The notes below the pieces were generated by a model. The model was given only the letters and a program-made list of their open reading frames with translations. It was not told where the DNA came from and did not search any database. Of a stretch of 50,239 nucleotides of DNA, positions 10,001 to 18,039 are shown piece after piece. Both the position numbers and the translations under genes were made by a program. The stretch covers positions 1 through 50,239 of the forward strand of contig JBDRKX010000007.1 of assembly GCA_043813605.1 (NCBI GenBank), written 5' to 3'. Numbering within the stretch: the stretch's first letter is position 1; every line of letters begins with the position of its first letter. This stretch comes from Elusimicrobiota bacterium. Lineage in GTDB: Bacteria; CG03; SLGR01; JBDRKX01.

Positions 10001-12704
10001 CGGTCAGCTCAATAGCCCGGGCCATGTTTTCTTTTTCTTCTTTTTCCGCTTCCAGATTTCTTGAAAGCTGCTTAATCTCTGTATCTTTTTCCGTACTCAA
10101 TATATTGAGCGCGGATTTTACTTCTTCAAGCTGGACTGATTTTTCAGTATATCTCCTGTATATACCCTCGCTTTCACTGAGCGCCTCTTCCTTGATACCT
10201 TTTATCTCATCTTCCCGTTCCCGGAGTTTCCTGAAAGCATTTATCCTTTCAGTATTGAGCTGTTCGCGAAGAATACTGATCTCATTTTCAAGCTTATCCT
10301 TATCCCTTTCTGCTTCGTCCAGCCTGGAACTGTAATCAAGCTCGATCTCCTTTGACTTTTTAACCCCCTTCAGTTCGTTCTCCCAGCCCGACTTCATCTG
10401 TGCTTCCAGCTCATGTTTAAAAGTCTCTTCCTGCTGTTTATTTTTTGATTTGATCTCTTCTATCTGCCTGGATAGCTCAAGTATTTTCTGGCCGGAACTC
10501 TTCTGTTTTTCCTTCCACATGCTGTAGAGCTCTTCCTCACGGTCTTTCATCTTCTGTCTTATCTGCTCTGATTCCCGTTCCTTGAGGGCGAGTTTCTCAT
10601 CCCAGACCTCCTGCCGCAGTTTAAGTTTTTCTTCGAGTTCACGGGTATTCTGCAGCAGACTGTCCTGGCGTTCGCCAAGCGCCCCGAATTCCAGCTCGTA
10701 TTTTTCCTTTATCTTGATCTTTTCAGTCTCATACTGGATCTCAAGATCACGTATTGTCTCGTCTTTCTGCTTGAGCTGACTGTATTTATCCGCCCTTTCC
10801 TTTTCCATCCTGTCGGACAATTCCCTGACGGCATTTTCAAGACCGGCTCTTGTAGCATCAAGCTGAAGTTCTTTTTTACTGTATTCTTCTTTCAGCCTTA
10901 TTATCTCTTCCCTGGAACGCTCCCTGACTTTGTTTATCTCCGTCTGCTTCTGTGAAATAAGCCATTCCCAGTGTTCACGCTTTGCTTCCAGCTGACCGGC
11001 CATTTCGCTTATTTCCTGCCCGAGCCTTTCCTTGAGCTTCTCAAGCTGCTCTGCCTTGATATTCTTTTCTTCTTCGGTCAGCTCCTTTTCCTGCTTTATC
11101 TCGAGAACACGCTTATTCCACTCCGCTTCTCTTTCTATTGCAATCTTCCTGGATTTCTCTTCTTCTTCCTTTTTTGATTTGAGTTCCTGGAGCAGGGTTT
11201 CTATTTTCCTGCCTTTTTCCAGTTCTATTTTATGCTTTTCGGATACCAGGTTCTCCAGTTTTTCCTCAAGCCGGTTTCTCTCTTCTTTCCAGGATCCTTC
11301 AAGGTCTTCAATACGCGCGTTTAATTTTTGCTCTTTCCTTTCGAATTCAGCAGTTTTTCTGGCAAGATCTTCTTCCTTGTCAGCAGACAGGTTGTCTATA
11401 GCCCGCTTGAGTTCGTCTATTTCATCCTGTTTGTCCGAAAGCCTTTTCTTCACATCATCTGTGAGCTTTTCTTTGTCACTCTCTGCAAGCTGAAGGTTAT
11501 TCTCAGTTTCTTCGAGCTGTTTTTCTAACTCGGTTATCCTTTCGTTATAAGCGTTTTCGTTCTCCTCATGCTCTATTTCCATCTCAGCCAGCCTGACATT
11601 ATAATCGCCGTCCAGATCTTCCAGTCTCTTGCGCAGCCGGTCTCCTTCGGCTTCTCGCAGTTCACCGAGGCCCGATAACTCCAGCTTCAGCCTTTCGATC
11701 TCGACATTAAGAGAATCAACATCCTTCAGGTAACCGCTCTTTTGGGCAGACCACACCTTTTCCATATCGACTATCTTTTCTGAATGGGTATTCTGTAGAT
11801 ACGGGATCTCTTCGTTCAGGTTCCGGATTATATCGTTCTTATCCTGTATTTCGCGGGAAAGTTCCTCTTCCCTAAGAACCAGTTTTGAATGCAGAAACTC
11901 GTTCTCGTTCCGTTCCTCTGCTATCTCATCTTTAAGGGCACCTGTATTGTCCTCAAGCTCCCTTATGTAGAAATCTCTTTGCCTGGTTGCTTCTTCCAGC
12001 ATGTTGCTGAGATGGTTTATTTTCTGAATATTCTCTTCTCTGACCGCATTTGTCTCGGCTTCCCGTATTTTCTGTCCCCTTTCAAGATCTATCTCCTTAT
12101 CGCTGAGTTTTCCTTCAAGTGAGGTCAGTTTATTACCGAGCAGAGCTGTATTGTCTTCAAGCTCTTCTGTTTTAAATCTGTATTCTTCATTAAGAACAGC
12201 TTTTTCCTTCTCATATTTGGCTTCCAGTATGCTCTGTTCGTGTTCATAGAATCTTTTGGCCTCCCTGAGCTGTTCTTCAAGTTCTGTGTTGCCTTTTTTA
12301 TACTCTTTTAATTCTTTTTCCTGTTCATCCCTGGTCTTCTGAAGATCATTTATCTTCTGTTCATGCAGTGCCTGTTTATTTTTCAGTTCCAGAGCGCTTT
12401 TCTGCTTTAACTGTTCCTTTTCATAAAGCAGTTCTTCTATTTTTTTCTCCTTGCTGCGTATTCGTGTGTTGTATTCCTCGCTGTTTTTCAGTACCTGTTC
12501 TTCTTTCTCATGCCGGATATGGAATATTTCCCTTTTCAGCCGCGCTATCTCATTGTCCTGCTCTACCTTGGCCTGGTTATACTCCTGGCTGAGTATAAAA
12601 TTCTCTTTTTCTTTTTCGCGCAGCTTCTCGTTCCACGCAAGCTGCTCATCCCGGAGTTTCTTATCGAGATATTCTATCTGTTGTTTCAGGTCTTTTTCCG
12701 ACAT
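7023..12704 (-). CDS. Giant cytoplasmic coiled-coil repeat protein (1893 aa), function unknown
   Basis: E/K/L/R-rich and nearly Pro-free; no signal peptide, TM segment or Walker A; internal 61- and 71-aa repeats. Confidence 0.85.
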   Translation of the reverse strand: MSEKDLKQQIEYLDKKLRDEQLAWNEKLREKEKENFILSQEYNQAKVEQDNEIARLKREIFHIRHEKEEQVLKNSEEYNTRIRSKEKKIEELLYEKEQLKQKSALELKNKQALHEQKINDLQKTRDEQEKELKEYKKGNTELEEQLREAKRFYEHEQSILEAKYEKEKAVLNEEYRFKTEELEDNTALLGNKLTSLEGKLSDKEIDLERGQKIREAETNAVREENIQKINHLSNMLEEATRQRDFYIRELEDNTGALKDEIAEERNENEFLHSKLVLREEELSREIQDKNDIIRNLNEEIPYLQNTHSEKIVDMEKVWSAQKSGYLKDVDSLNVEIERLKLELSGLGELREAEGDRLRKRLEDLDGDYNVRLAEMEIEHEENENAYNERITELEKQLEETENNLQLAESDKEKLTDDVKKRLSDKQDEIDELKRAIDNLSADKEEDLARKTAEFERKEQKLNARIEDLEGSWKEERNRLEEKLENLVSEKHKIELEKGRKIETLLQELKSKKEEEEKSRKIAIEREAEWNKRVLEIKQEKELTEEEKNIKAEQLEKLKERLGQEISEMAGQLEAKREHWEWLISQKQTEINKVRERSREEIIRLKEEYSKKELQLDATRAGLENAVRELSDRMEKERADKYSQLKQKDETIRDLEIQYETEKIKIKEKYELEFGALGERQDSLLQNTRELEEKLKLRQEVWDEKLALKERESEQIRQKMKDREEELYSMWKEKQKSSGQKILELSRQIEEIKSKNKQQEETFKHELEAQMKSGWENELKGVKKSKEIELDYSSRLDEAERDKDKLENEISILREQLNTERINAFRKLREREDEIKGIKEEALSESEGIYRRYTEKSVQLEEVKSALNILSTEKDTEIKQLSRNLEAEKEEKENMARAIELTEKEYKRIIEQKQEDFTRERNILLTELEKLKIRQDELISELKEMEQEKAAEINKLKEENALKEKQLIEDFRIKEHEIVVKKAELEDELSRTVMELGAAKKQLDLKESEVRREVSGEYENKIYKLKLDEALSRSELEWTKEKLASERERGLSEINETRKENSELKKEVSARIKELETDYSERLKQIDEKRAVLEREKEEHRDRMEVLRVSHQKKVDTLYDEVQQQRAEYETRIKEVRHRYAEADKEASLVRHTLELKIQELNSQVGISSRDNQEILAELSEYRLKYDNTCRQMQEENLEYSNKIRELNFKIDNINAELAASVRDAELRSEREKKELQARYLQNERNLRVQIEEKRHKLVARENEINNIKSELKRVNETMSLDVKTARERMEKWHEKETELKEKIEALQQQLYSTERSALESDLKAENTAKSMEFEKARLKEEIRRAKADYLDELRTVQARLDSSIAGEYQLKQQMEILNGKYSDAERKAAQAEIKTEALNTRRETEINSIVEESERIKTGLAAELESAAARLNKWDEKGQLLENKISDLQERLILSRAEAAEAQLKTESLQKKYEYEIDSLRDEYRKERNSMLAELEVSSEKISGWSEKESKLKEDIEKMQKALQEAESKANTMQIEYSNAVGNFESDIRRLKTELKEVQIKHAEEMKTARILREKAELIQQKLNESENSLLQADLRNESIKRDKDAEIVHLNKEIERIQQGHAAEIGLYKGDRDRLNEEINDIRENKNILQEMVSVKEKQFEKLNNENLSIRKDAEQRFAEKQAEINKIRENNAVREKEWESKILEKERELSVSFERKSSERESYWQDIYSSREKELLEFRNRLQEEIDQLKKEKLSSDRIWDMRLKEKEEELKDIQLEKAQNESRLKTLLARMQKELNEYKARFKNAREVLREREGQNRELRARMAQRDIQWKTAYKKKQIEAKKLIFEVQQSQRGLLKKITDSVTGAGKRKKEMFQIELEHEKDSAGISNI

Positions 12705-12705
12705 T

Positions 12706-15700
12706 TTACTTATCCAGTTTCCTCAATTTTGATATCTGTTTTTTCAGGTTCTTCTTTTTTTTCATCCATTTTTTTCTGATCCTGTCCAGATCTTTCTGAG
12801 CAATATCTTCCGATACCGGATCCTGCCCGGCATCATCAACGACAGGCGATGTTCCCTGACCGGTATTCATACCGAGAGGAGTTTCAGTTTTATAGATTTC
12901 TCCGGATTCATCCCCTATCTCCATTTTCACATTTTCTATACTTTGTTCAAGCCTTCTTCTCAATTCATCAAACTCTTCTATTTTCTCGGTTTTTTCTTCT
13001 TCTATTATATCTGCTTTGGTCAGCATCTCTTCTTTTAACTTTGAATTTTCTTCCTTAACTGCATGCAGTTCGGCACGGAGCTGTATCAGTCTTGCTTCAT
13101 AGCGGTCTTCTGTTATGGATATTTCATTTTCGTATTTACTTTTCTGTGTTATGATCTCTGTATCTCTTTCGGCTATAAGGGATTTATTGTGCCTGTTTAC
13201 ATCCTCAAGCTTTAGTAAAGAAATCTCCAGATCTGCAAGTTTGGACGATAACTCCTCTTTTAGTTCCTGTATTTCTTTCGTATGTGCGGCTCTCTCCAAT
13301 TCGAGTCTTTTAAGTGTGTCGTTCACTTCCTGCCTGTGTTTTAATATGTCGGCATCTTTTCCGGGTATTTCTGTCTTCAGTATATTCTCTATCCTTGCTT
13401 CGGCTTTCTGAAGTTCTATGTTCTCTTTAACCAGTTTTCTATTTTGTATCTCCAGCTTTTCGCTGTACAGTCTCTCATTTTCTTCTTTTTCCGCCTTAAG
13501 TTTCTCATATTCATGGTTTCTTTGTTCGTATCTGTCGTTCAGGCTCCTGCGTTCCTCTTCCAGTTGGACCTGTAACCTCCAGTTGGAATCCTTCAATTCC
13601 TCAAGAAGTTCTTCAAGAGAATTCTTGTTCTTCTCAGATTCCGTTTTTATCGCATTTATCCGCTCATCCCTGTTCTTAAGTTTTTCTTCCCATATATTTT
13701 TCTGAGCGATTAACCTTTCATCGTATTCTCTTAATAGATTTTCCAGTTCTTCTCGCACCTTATTTACCTCCCACGTTTTCCTGTCGAGGTTGTCTTTCAA
13801 CTCCTCTTTTGTCTGTTTAAGTATATCAATTCTTTTCAGGAATTCCTCTTTATTATCAGTTATTTCTTTTTCAAAGACTTTTGCCTTTTCTTCTTTTTCC
13901 AGCATCAACCTGTCTATTATCTTGCGGCTTTTTTGTTCAGATTCTTCTATATGCAGCTTCAAAGAATCTATTGCAGCGTTCATCTCCCTGCTCCTTGCCT
14001 CACTTCCGGTTGCCAGCGCTGTCTTTTCTTCCTTAAATGCTTCTTTTATGCTTTTCAGCTCCGACACCAGGGTATTCTTTTCTTTTGCTGCAGCTTCATC
14101 ATGCTCCCTGAGTGTTTTCTCACGGGCATCTGTATTTTCCATATGGACTATTTTTAAATTTTGTATCTCATCCCTCAGTTTCTGGATAAGATTTATCTGT
14201 CTTTCGGCTTCCGTTTTATACTCATATTCCACTTTTTTCGCATTATCTTCAATGCTGATTATCTTTTTATCCCTGGCATCCAGTTCTATATTATATTCGT
14301 CACTGACCTTGGTTATATCCTCTCTGAGTCCTGTTATCTCGGATTTTGCCTCTTCGAGCCTGCCTTCATATTCCTGCTTCATCGTCTCTGAATTTTCAGT
14401 TATTTCGTTAATTTTATTATACAGTTTTTCTTTTTCTGAATTGGATATCTTCTTCAGGGATTCAAATTCTGTAAGCAGCACCGCATACCTTTTTTCTCCG
14501 GCATACAGCTGTTTTTCCATATCAGATATATTCAATCCGAACTTTTCCGATTTTTCCAGGGATGCGTTAAGCTCGTTCTGAACATCAGTCTTCTCCGAAA
14601 GAAGTATTTTCTTGGTTTCTAATAAATTTTTGTCCGCCGCATTCAACTCATCAGCATGCATGTTCTTGAGTTCTTCTATTCTTCTTTTCAAGCTGCGGAT
14701 CATATCTGCCTGACCGCTTACTTCGAGTTTATGTTCACCTTCTTTCCTGATAATTATCTGCTGCAGACTGCTTATCTTCTTTATATCTTCCTCAGCCTGG
14801 GATACCGCAGCGGCATTAAGATTCTGTATCTCTTCTTCAAGTTTCTTCTCTTCGGCCTTTGATGCTTCCAGGGAAGTAATAATCTCCTGCCTTTCAATAG
14901 AATGCTTATGTTCCATTTGAAACAGAGTTTCTTCGTTTTTCTTTTTCTCAAATTTAAGAAGTTGAGACGTTTCAGCCAGTCTTGCCGCAATCTGTTCATT
15001 CTTCTTCTGTTCATCCAGCATTTCGCCGGACAGCGAGAATAAATCCTCTTTTAATTTTTCATACCTATCGTCATAATTCCTTATATTCAGCAGCATACTC
15101 TCTTTTTCGTTCTTATGCTCTTTTTGAAGGCGTTTTTTTTCGTTCCTCTCATTCTCAACATCAGTGTTCAGCTTGCTGACAAGCGTTTCCTGTCCTGAGA
15201 GGATCCTGTTCCTTTCATTCATGATACCGACCAGCTTTTCCTTCATTCCTTCGAGTTCGACATTATACTGCTGCTCGCTGGAAGCTGTCTTATCCTTTAA
15301 TCCGGCAATTTCACCCATCAACGCATCTTTCTGTTCCTGACTTTTGTTCCTGAACTCTTTAAACTCCTTTTCAACCGTCTCTATGTTTATTCTGCCGACC
15401 TCGATCTGATGAAGAAGCCCTGATATGAGGTTTTCCTTTTGACCCAGTTTTTCCGCCCAGGCATTATTTTCCTGTTTCCTGGCTGTTGTTTCTGATGAAA
15501 GCTCTGATCTTAGGTCAGCTACAAAAGATTTCAGGTCATCTATTTCCGAAATCCTGTCATTCAGGTCTACTTCGCCGCTGCTCTTAACAGTAAACAGTTC
15601 CTCTTCAAAAAAGACTCTTTCGCTCTCCAGTTTTCCCTTAAGAACTCCCAGTTCGGCCTCAAGTCCCGATATCATGCCTGTCTTCTGCTTTATAATGTTA

Positions 15701-17133
15701 TTGAGATTATCTTCGACTATTTTCCGGTTTTCTGTCTCCTTCTGCTGCACCAGACTGTTTTCCCTATCAAGGTCCTGCTTCTGTACTCTCATGCTCTCAT
15801 ATTTCTTTGTAGTATTTGCAAGCTCTGATCTGAGCTTTTTGATAGAATTATTCAGGTTAATAACCTTTTTTTCCTTTATCTCATCCTGTCTCTCCAGTTC
15901 TTTCTGCCTGAGCAGCATTTCTTTTATCTTCTGGTCAAACTGTCTTTTCAGTTCTACGGTTTTTTCGGCTGTATTCTGCTTGTCTTTTTCAAGATCATTA
16001 AGCCTGATCGAATAATTCCTTTCCCTGTCAGCAAGAGCGTTTTTCAACTCACTGATCACCTGGTTAAGTCCGGTTATTTTCCCTATATGCTCAGTGATCT
16101 CGTCCTTATGATGTTCTTCAAGCTCCTTGATATCTTTTGCTCTTTCAAAGGCCAAATTGGTATTTTTCTTATCACTAACAGCCAGTTTTTCCTTTAATTC
16201 CCTTATTGTATTCTCACTCGCTGCCTGCATTTCCATCGACTCGGCATCTAAAGCGTTCTTTTCCTGGACGACCTTCTCCCGATGGTCATTCTCAATATCC
16301 TTAAGAGCTTCCATCTCGAGCGCATGATTCTTTTTTTCTACCTGCAGCTCTTTTTTATGTCTTGCTGACTCAAGACTCAGCTGCTCTTTTACCTCTATTA
16401 TAGTATGCTGCCTGTTGGAGAGTTCTGCTTTCATCTTGTCGTATTCACGCAGTTTCTGTTCACGCAGAATATGGTTTTCTTCTTCCAGAGCTGCTATTTT
16501 TTTGCTGTATTCATCCCTCAGTTCATTGAGCTGACCGTGAAAAACAGCAGTCTCACCGGTAAGCTCCACTTTCAAGCTGTCGATCATGCGCTGTTTTTCG
16601 TTCATCCTTGCTATCCAGCGTTGGCGCTCTTCCTCGAAAGAAGAATCTTTCTGTATTTCTTTTCTGAGTTTGCTCTCGAGCTCGGATCTCACCTTTTCAA
16701 GAGACTGCCTCTTAAGCTGATACTCTGCGCGCAGATGCGCCTGGCGCAGGTTCATGTTTTTCCTGAGCCGGTTTATCTCCTGCTGCTTTTTAGTGAGTTT
16801 TTCTTCCCAGATCTCCCTTTCATCGGTTATCTCTTTCTTAAGGCCGGTCACCGCACTCTCCAAGTTCTTTTTTGAATCGTCTATTTCACTTATGGACCTT
16901 GAGTGGGTAGATCTTGAGGGTGGTTTCTGTTCAGAGACCTGTTTTTCCAGTATCTTCTGCTTGATATCTTTTATCTCGGTGTTGATATGGGCGAGGGTAC
17001 TTTTTACTTTTTCTATCTTTTCCCTGTCTTCGGAAGGATCAAATTCATTGAGTGCTTCCAGCAGTCTTTTGCGTGCATCTTTTCTCGCGGATAGTATTAA
17101 TTGTAAGTCTTTTGTCTTTTCTTTATTTTCCAT
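12706..17133 (-). CDS. Giant cytoplasmic coiled-coil repeat protein (1475 aa), function unknown
   Basis: E/K/L-rich rod flanked by short Pro/Ser/Gly linkers; shares the ExxxWEEKLxxKxxEI motif with the downstream gene; its stop is 1 nt from the next ATG. Confidence 0.85.
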   Translation of the reverse strand: MENKEKTKDLQLILSARKDARKRLLEALNEFDPSEDREKIEKVKSTLAHINTEIKDIKQKILEKQVSEQKPPSRSTHSRSISEIDDSKKNLESAVTGLKKEITDEREIWEEKLTKKQQEINRLRKNMNLRQAHLRAEYQLKRQSLEKVRSELESKLRKEIQKDSSFEEERQRWIARMNEKQRMIDSLKVELTGETAVFHGQLNELRDEYSKKIAALEEENHILREQKLREYDKMKAELSNRQHTIIEVKEQLSLESARHKKELQVEKKNHALEMEALKDIENDHREKVVQEKNALDAESMEMQAASENTIRELKEKLAVSDKKNTNLAFERAKDIKELEEHHKDEITEHIGKITGLNQVISELKNALADRERNYSIRLNDLEKDKQNTAEKTVELKRQFDQKIKEMLLRQKELERQDEIKEKKVINLNNSIKKLRSELANTTKKYESMRVQKQDLDRENSLVQQKETENRKIVEDNLNNIIKQKTGMISGLEAELGVLKGKLESERVFFEEELFTVKSSGEVDLNDRISEIDDLKSFVADLRSELSSETTARKQENNAWAEKLGQKENLISGLLHQIEVGRINIETVEKEFKEFRNKSQEQKDALMGEIAGLKDKTASSEQQYNVELEGMKEKLVGIMNERNRILSGQETLVSKLNTDVENERNEKKRLQKEHKNEKESMLLNIRNYDDRYEKLKEDLFSLSGEMLDEQKKNEQIAARLAETSQLLKFEKKKNEETLFQMEHKHSIERQEIITSLEASKAEEKKLEEEIQNLNAAAVSQAEEDIKKISSLQQIIIRKEGEHKLEVSGQADMIRSLKRRIEELKNMHADELNAADKNLLETKKILLSEKTDVQNELNASLEKSEKFGLNISDMEKQLYAGEKRYAVLLTEFESLKKISNSEKEKLYNKINEITENSETMKQEYEGRLEEAKSEITGLREDITKVSDEYNIELDARDKKIISIEDNAKKVEYEYKTEAERQINLIQKLRDEIQNLKIVHMENTDAREKTLREHDEAAAKEKNTLVSELKSIKEAFKEEKTALATGSEARSREMNAAIDSLKLHIEESEQKSRKIIDRLMLEKEEKAKVFEKEITDNKEEFLKRIDILKQTKEELKDNLDRKTWEVNKVREELENLLREYDERLIAQKNIWEEKLKNRDERINAIKTESEKNKNSLEELLEELKDSNWRLQVQLEEERRSLNDRYEQRNHEYEKLKAEKEENERLYSEKLEIQNRKLVKENIELQKAEARIENILKTEIPGKDADILKHRQEVNDTLKRLELERAAHTKEIQELKEELSSKLADLEISLLKLEDVNRHNKSLIAERDTEIITQKSKYENEISITEDRYEARLIQLRAELHAVKEENSKLKEEMLTKADIIEEEKTEKIEEFDELRRRLEQSIENVKMEIGDESGEIYKTETPLGMNTGQGTSPVVDDAGQDPVSEDIAQKDLDRIRKKWMKKKKNLKKQISKLRKLDK

Positions 17134-17199
17134 TAAAAAGATGTTTTATAATTCTGCAAGACACTGTCTGCCAGTAAGCCGGCTTTACTTAAAGAATCG

Positions 17200-17277
17200 T
17201 GGCGGGGTGGACGAGAGTTGAACTCGCGACCTCTGGCTTGACAGGCCAGCGTTCTAACCGGGCTGAACTACCACCCC
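17200..17277 (-). tRNA. tRNA-Asp (GTC)
   Basis: GGGGTGG acceptor stem, anticodon arm CTGGC-CTGTCAA-GCCAG, T-loop GTTCAAC, encoded CCA. Confidence 0.97.
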
Positions 17278-17301
17278 ACCTAAATAATCTTTGGTCTGTT
17301 A

Positions 17302-17424
17302 TTACTTATGTGAAACGCAGTGTTTCGACTTAACGGCTGCTTTATTCTTGCAATTTCTCTTTTTGCCGGTTTTTTTGTCTTTGACTTCAGCTGCGCATCT
17401 GACTGCTTTTTTCTTTGTCGCCAT
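17302..17424 (-). CDS. 40-aa basic protein with C-x14-C-x10-C-x2-H putative zinc finger (not in the ORF track)
   Basis: MATKKKAVRCAAEVKDKKTGKKRNCKNKAAVKSKHCVSHK*; SD GGAGGT 6 nt upstream of the ATG. Confidence 0.75.
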   Translation of the reverse strand: MATKKKAVRCAAEVKDKKTGKKRNCKNKAAVKSKHCVSHK

Positions 17425-17471
17425 AAGATAACCTCCAAAAATAATCCAATGCTACTGAATAATTTAATGAT

Positions 17472-17499
17472 AGTATACTTATTTTTTAAATAAAGTAAA
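17472..17499 (-). promoter_or_regulatory. Putative promoter for the small CCCH protein and tRNA-Asp
   Basis: TTTACT, 16-nt spacer, TATACT on the minus strand within an AT-rich tract. Confidence 0.35.
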
Positions 17500-17511
17500 A
17501 ATTATAATTAA

Positions 17512-17860
17512 TTATAAGTATTTATCGCCGGCTTCAATAAGGGAATTTCCTTCCGGTGAAGGGTAATATCCGCTGACTCCCGCACCATTTACCGCTGCTC
17601 ACTCGAAATACTTCGCGGAAAAAAACATTATTTACTTTGAGCAACACAAACATATTCTCCATGCTGTATTTAAGCGATAGCTTTAGCCTTGTATGGCTAT
17701 GCATCTTTGCGTACTAGCTGGCAAAGTACCTCTTGCCTACGCTTTCTATATCCGCGCTGACCCTGAAGCCGTCAAGAAAACGGTAAACCATAGAATCCGA
17801 TATTATCACTGACGGAATACCCAGCACATCGTTTCCGTCACATGCGCCTCATGGAAGAGA
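17512..17860 (-). pseudogene. Decayed C-terminal fragment of a TonB-dependent receptor
   Basis: Minus strand reads DGNDVLGIP...SVGKRYFAS*...LKVNNVF/SAKYFE*...GYYPSPEGN...GDKYL*. Stops at 17714-17716 and 17599-17601; +1 frameshift in a T7 run. The upstream boundary is approximate. Confidence 0.65.
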
Positions 17861-18039
17861 TTATGCACATATAGCAACTGTTGGCGAAACCTATAAGTGC
17901 AGTAAAGACTATTCATACCCGCTTGGAAATTTAACAAAAGGAACTTTCCAGTTTAATAACGGGCCTTCTTCATACAAGTTTAATTCATGTTACTGTGAGT
18001 TTCAATATTTCGTTAAATATACTTTTATTGACTACTATT

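Noticed and set aside
12690..12790. One ~3370-aa gene split by a frameshift
   Set aside because: The first ORF ends in a distinct linker plus basic tail, and the second starts with ATG 1 nt after the stop with purine-rich sequence upstream. This fits coupled genes, although reads over the A-runs should be checked.
7023..17133. Calling the giant ORFs SMC/SbcC, chemoreceptor or phage tape-measure proteins
   Set aside because: No Walker A/B, signature, hinge or CxxC hook; no MCP hairpin; no TM or Ala/Gly-rich tape-measure character; no phage genes nearby.
7300..17221. Many plus-strand Ser/Phe/Leu-rich ORFs
   Set aside because: Antisense shadows of Glu/Lys-rich codons; the same applies to plus-strand ORFs over the other minus-strand genes.
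7023..17277. Genomic island integrated at tRNA-Asp
   Set aside because: No integrase, and I found no duplicate of the tRNA 3' end downstream.
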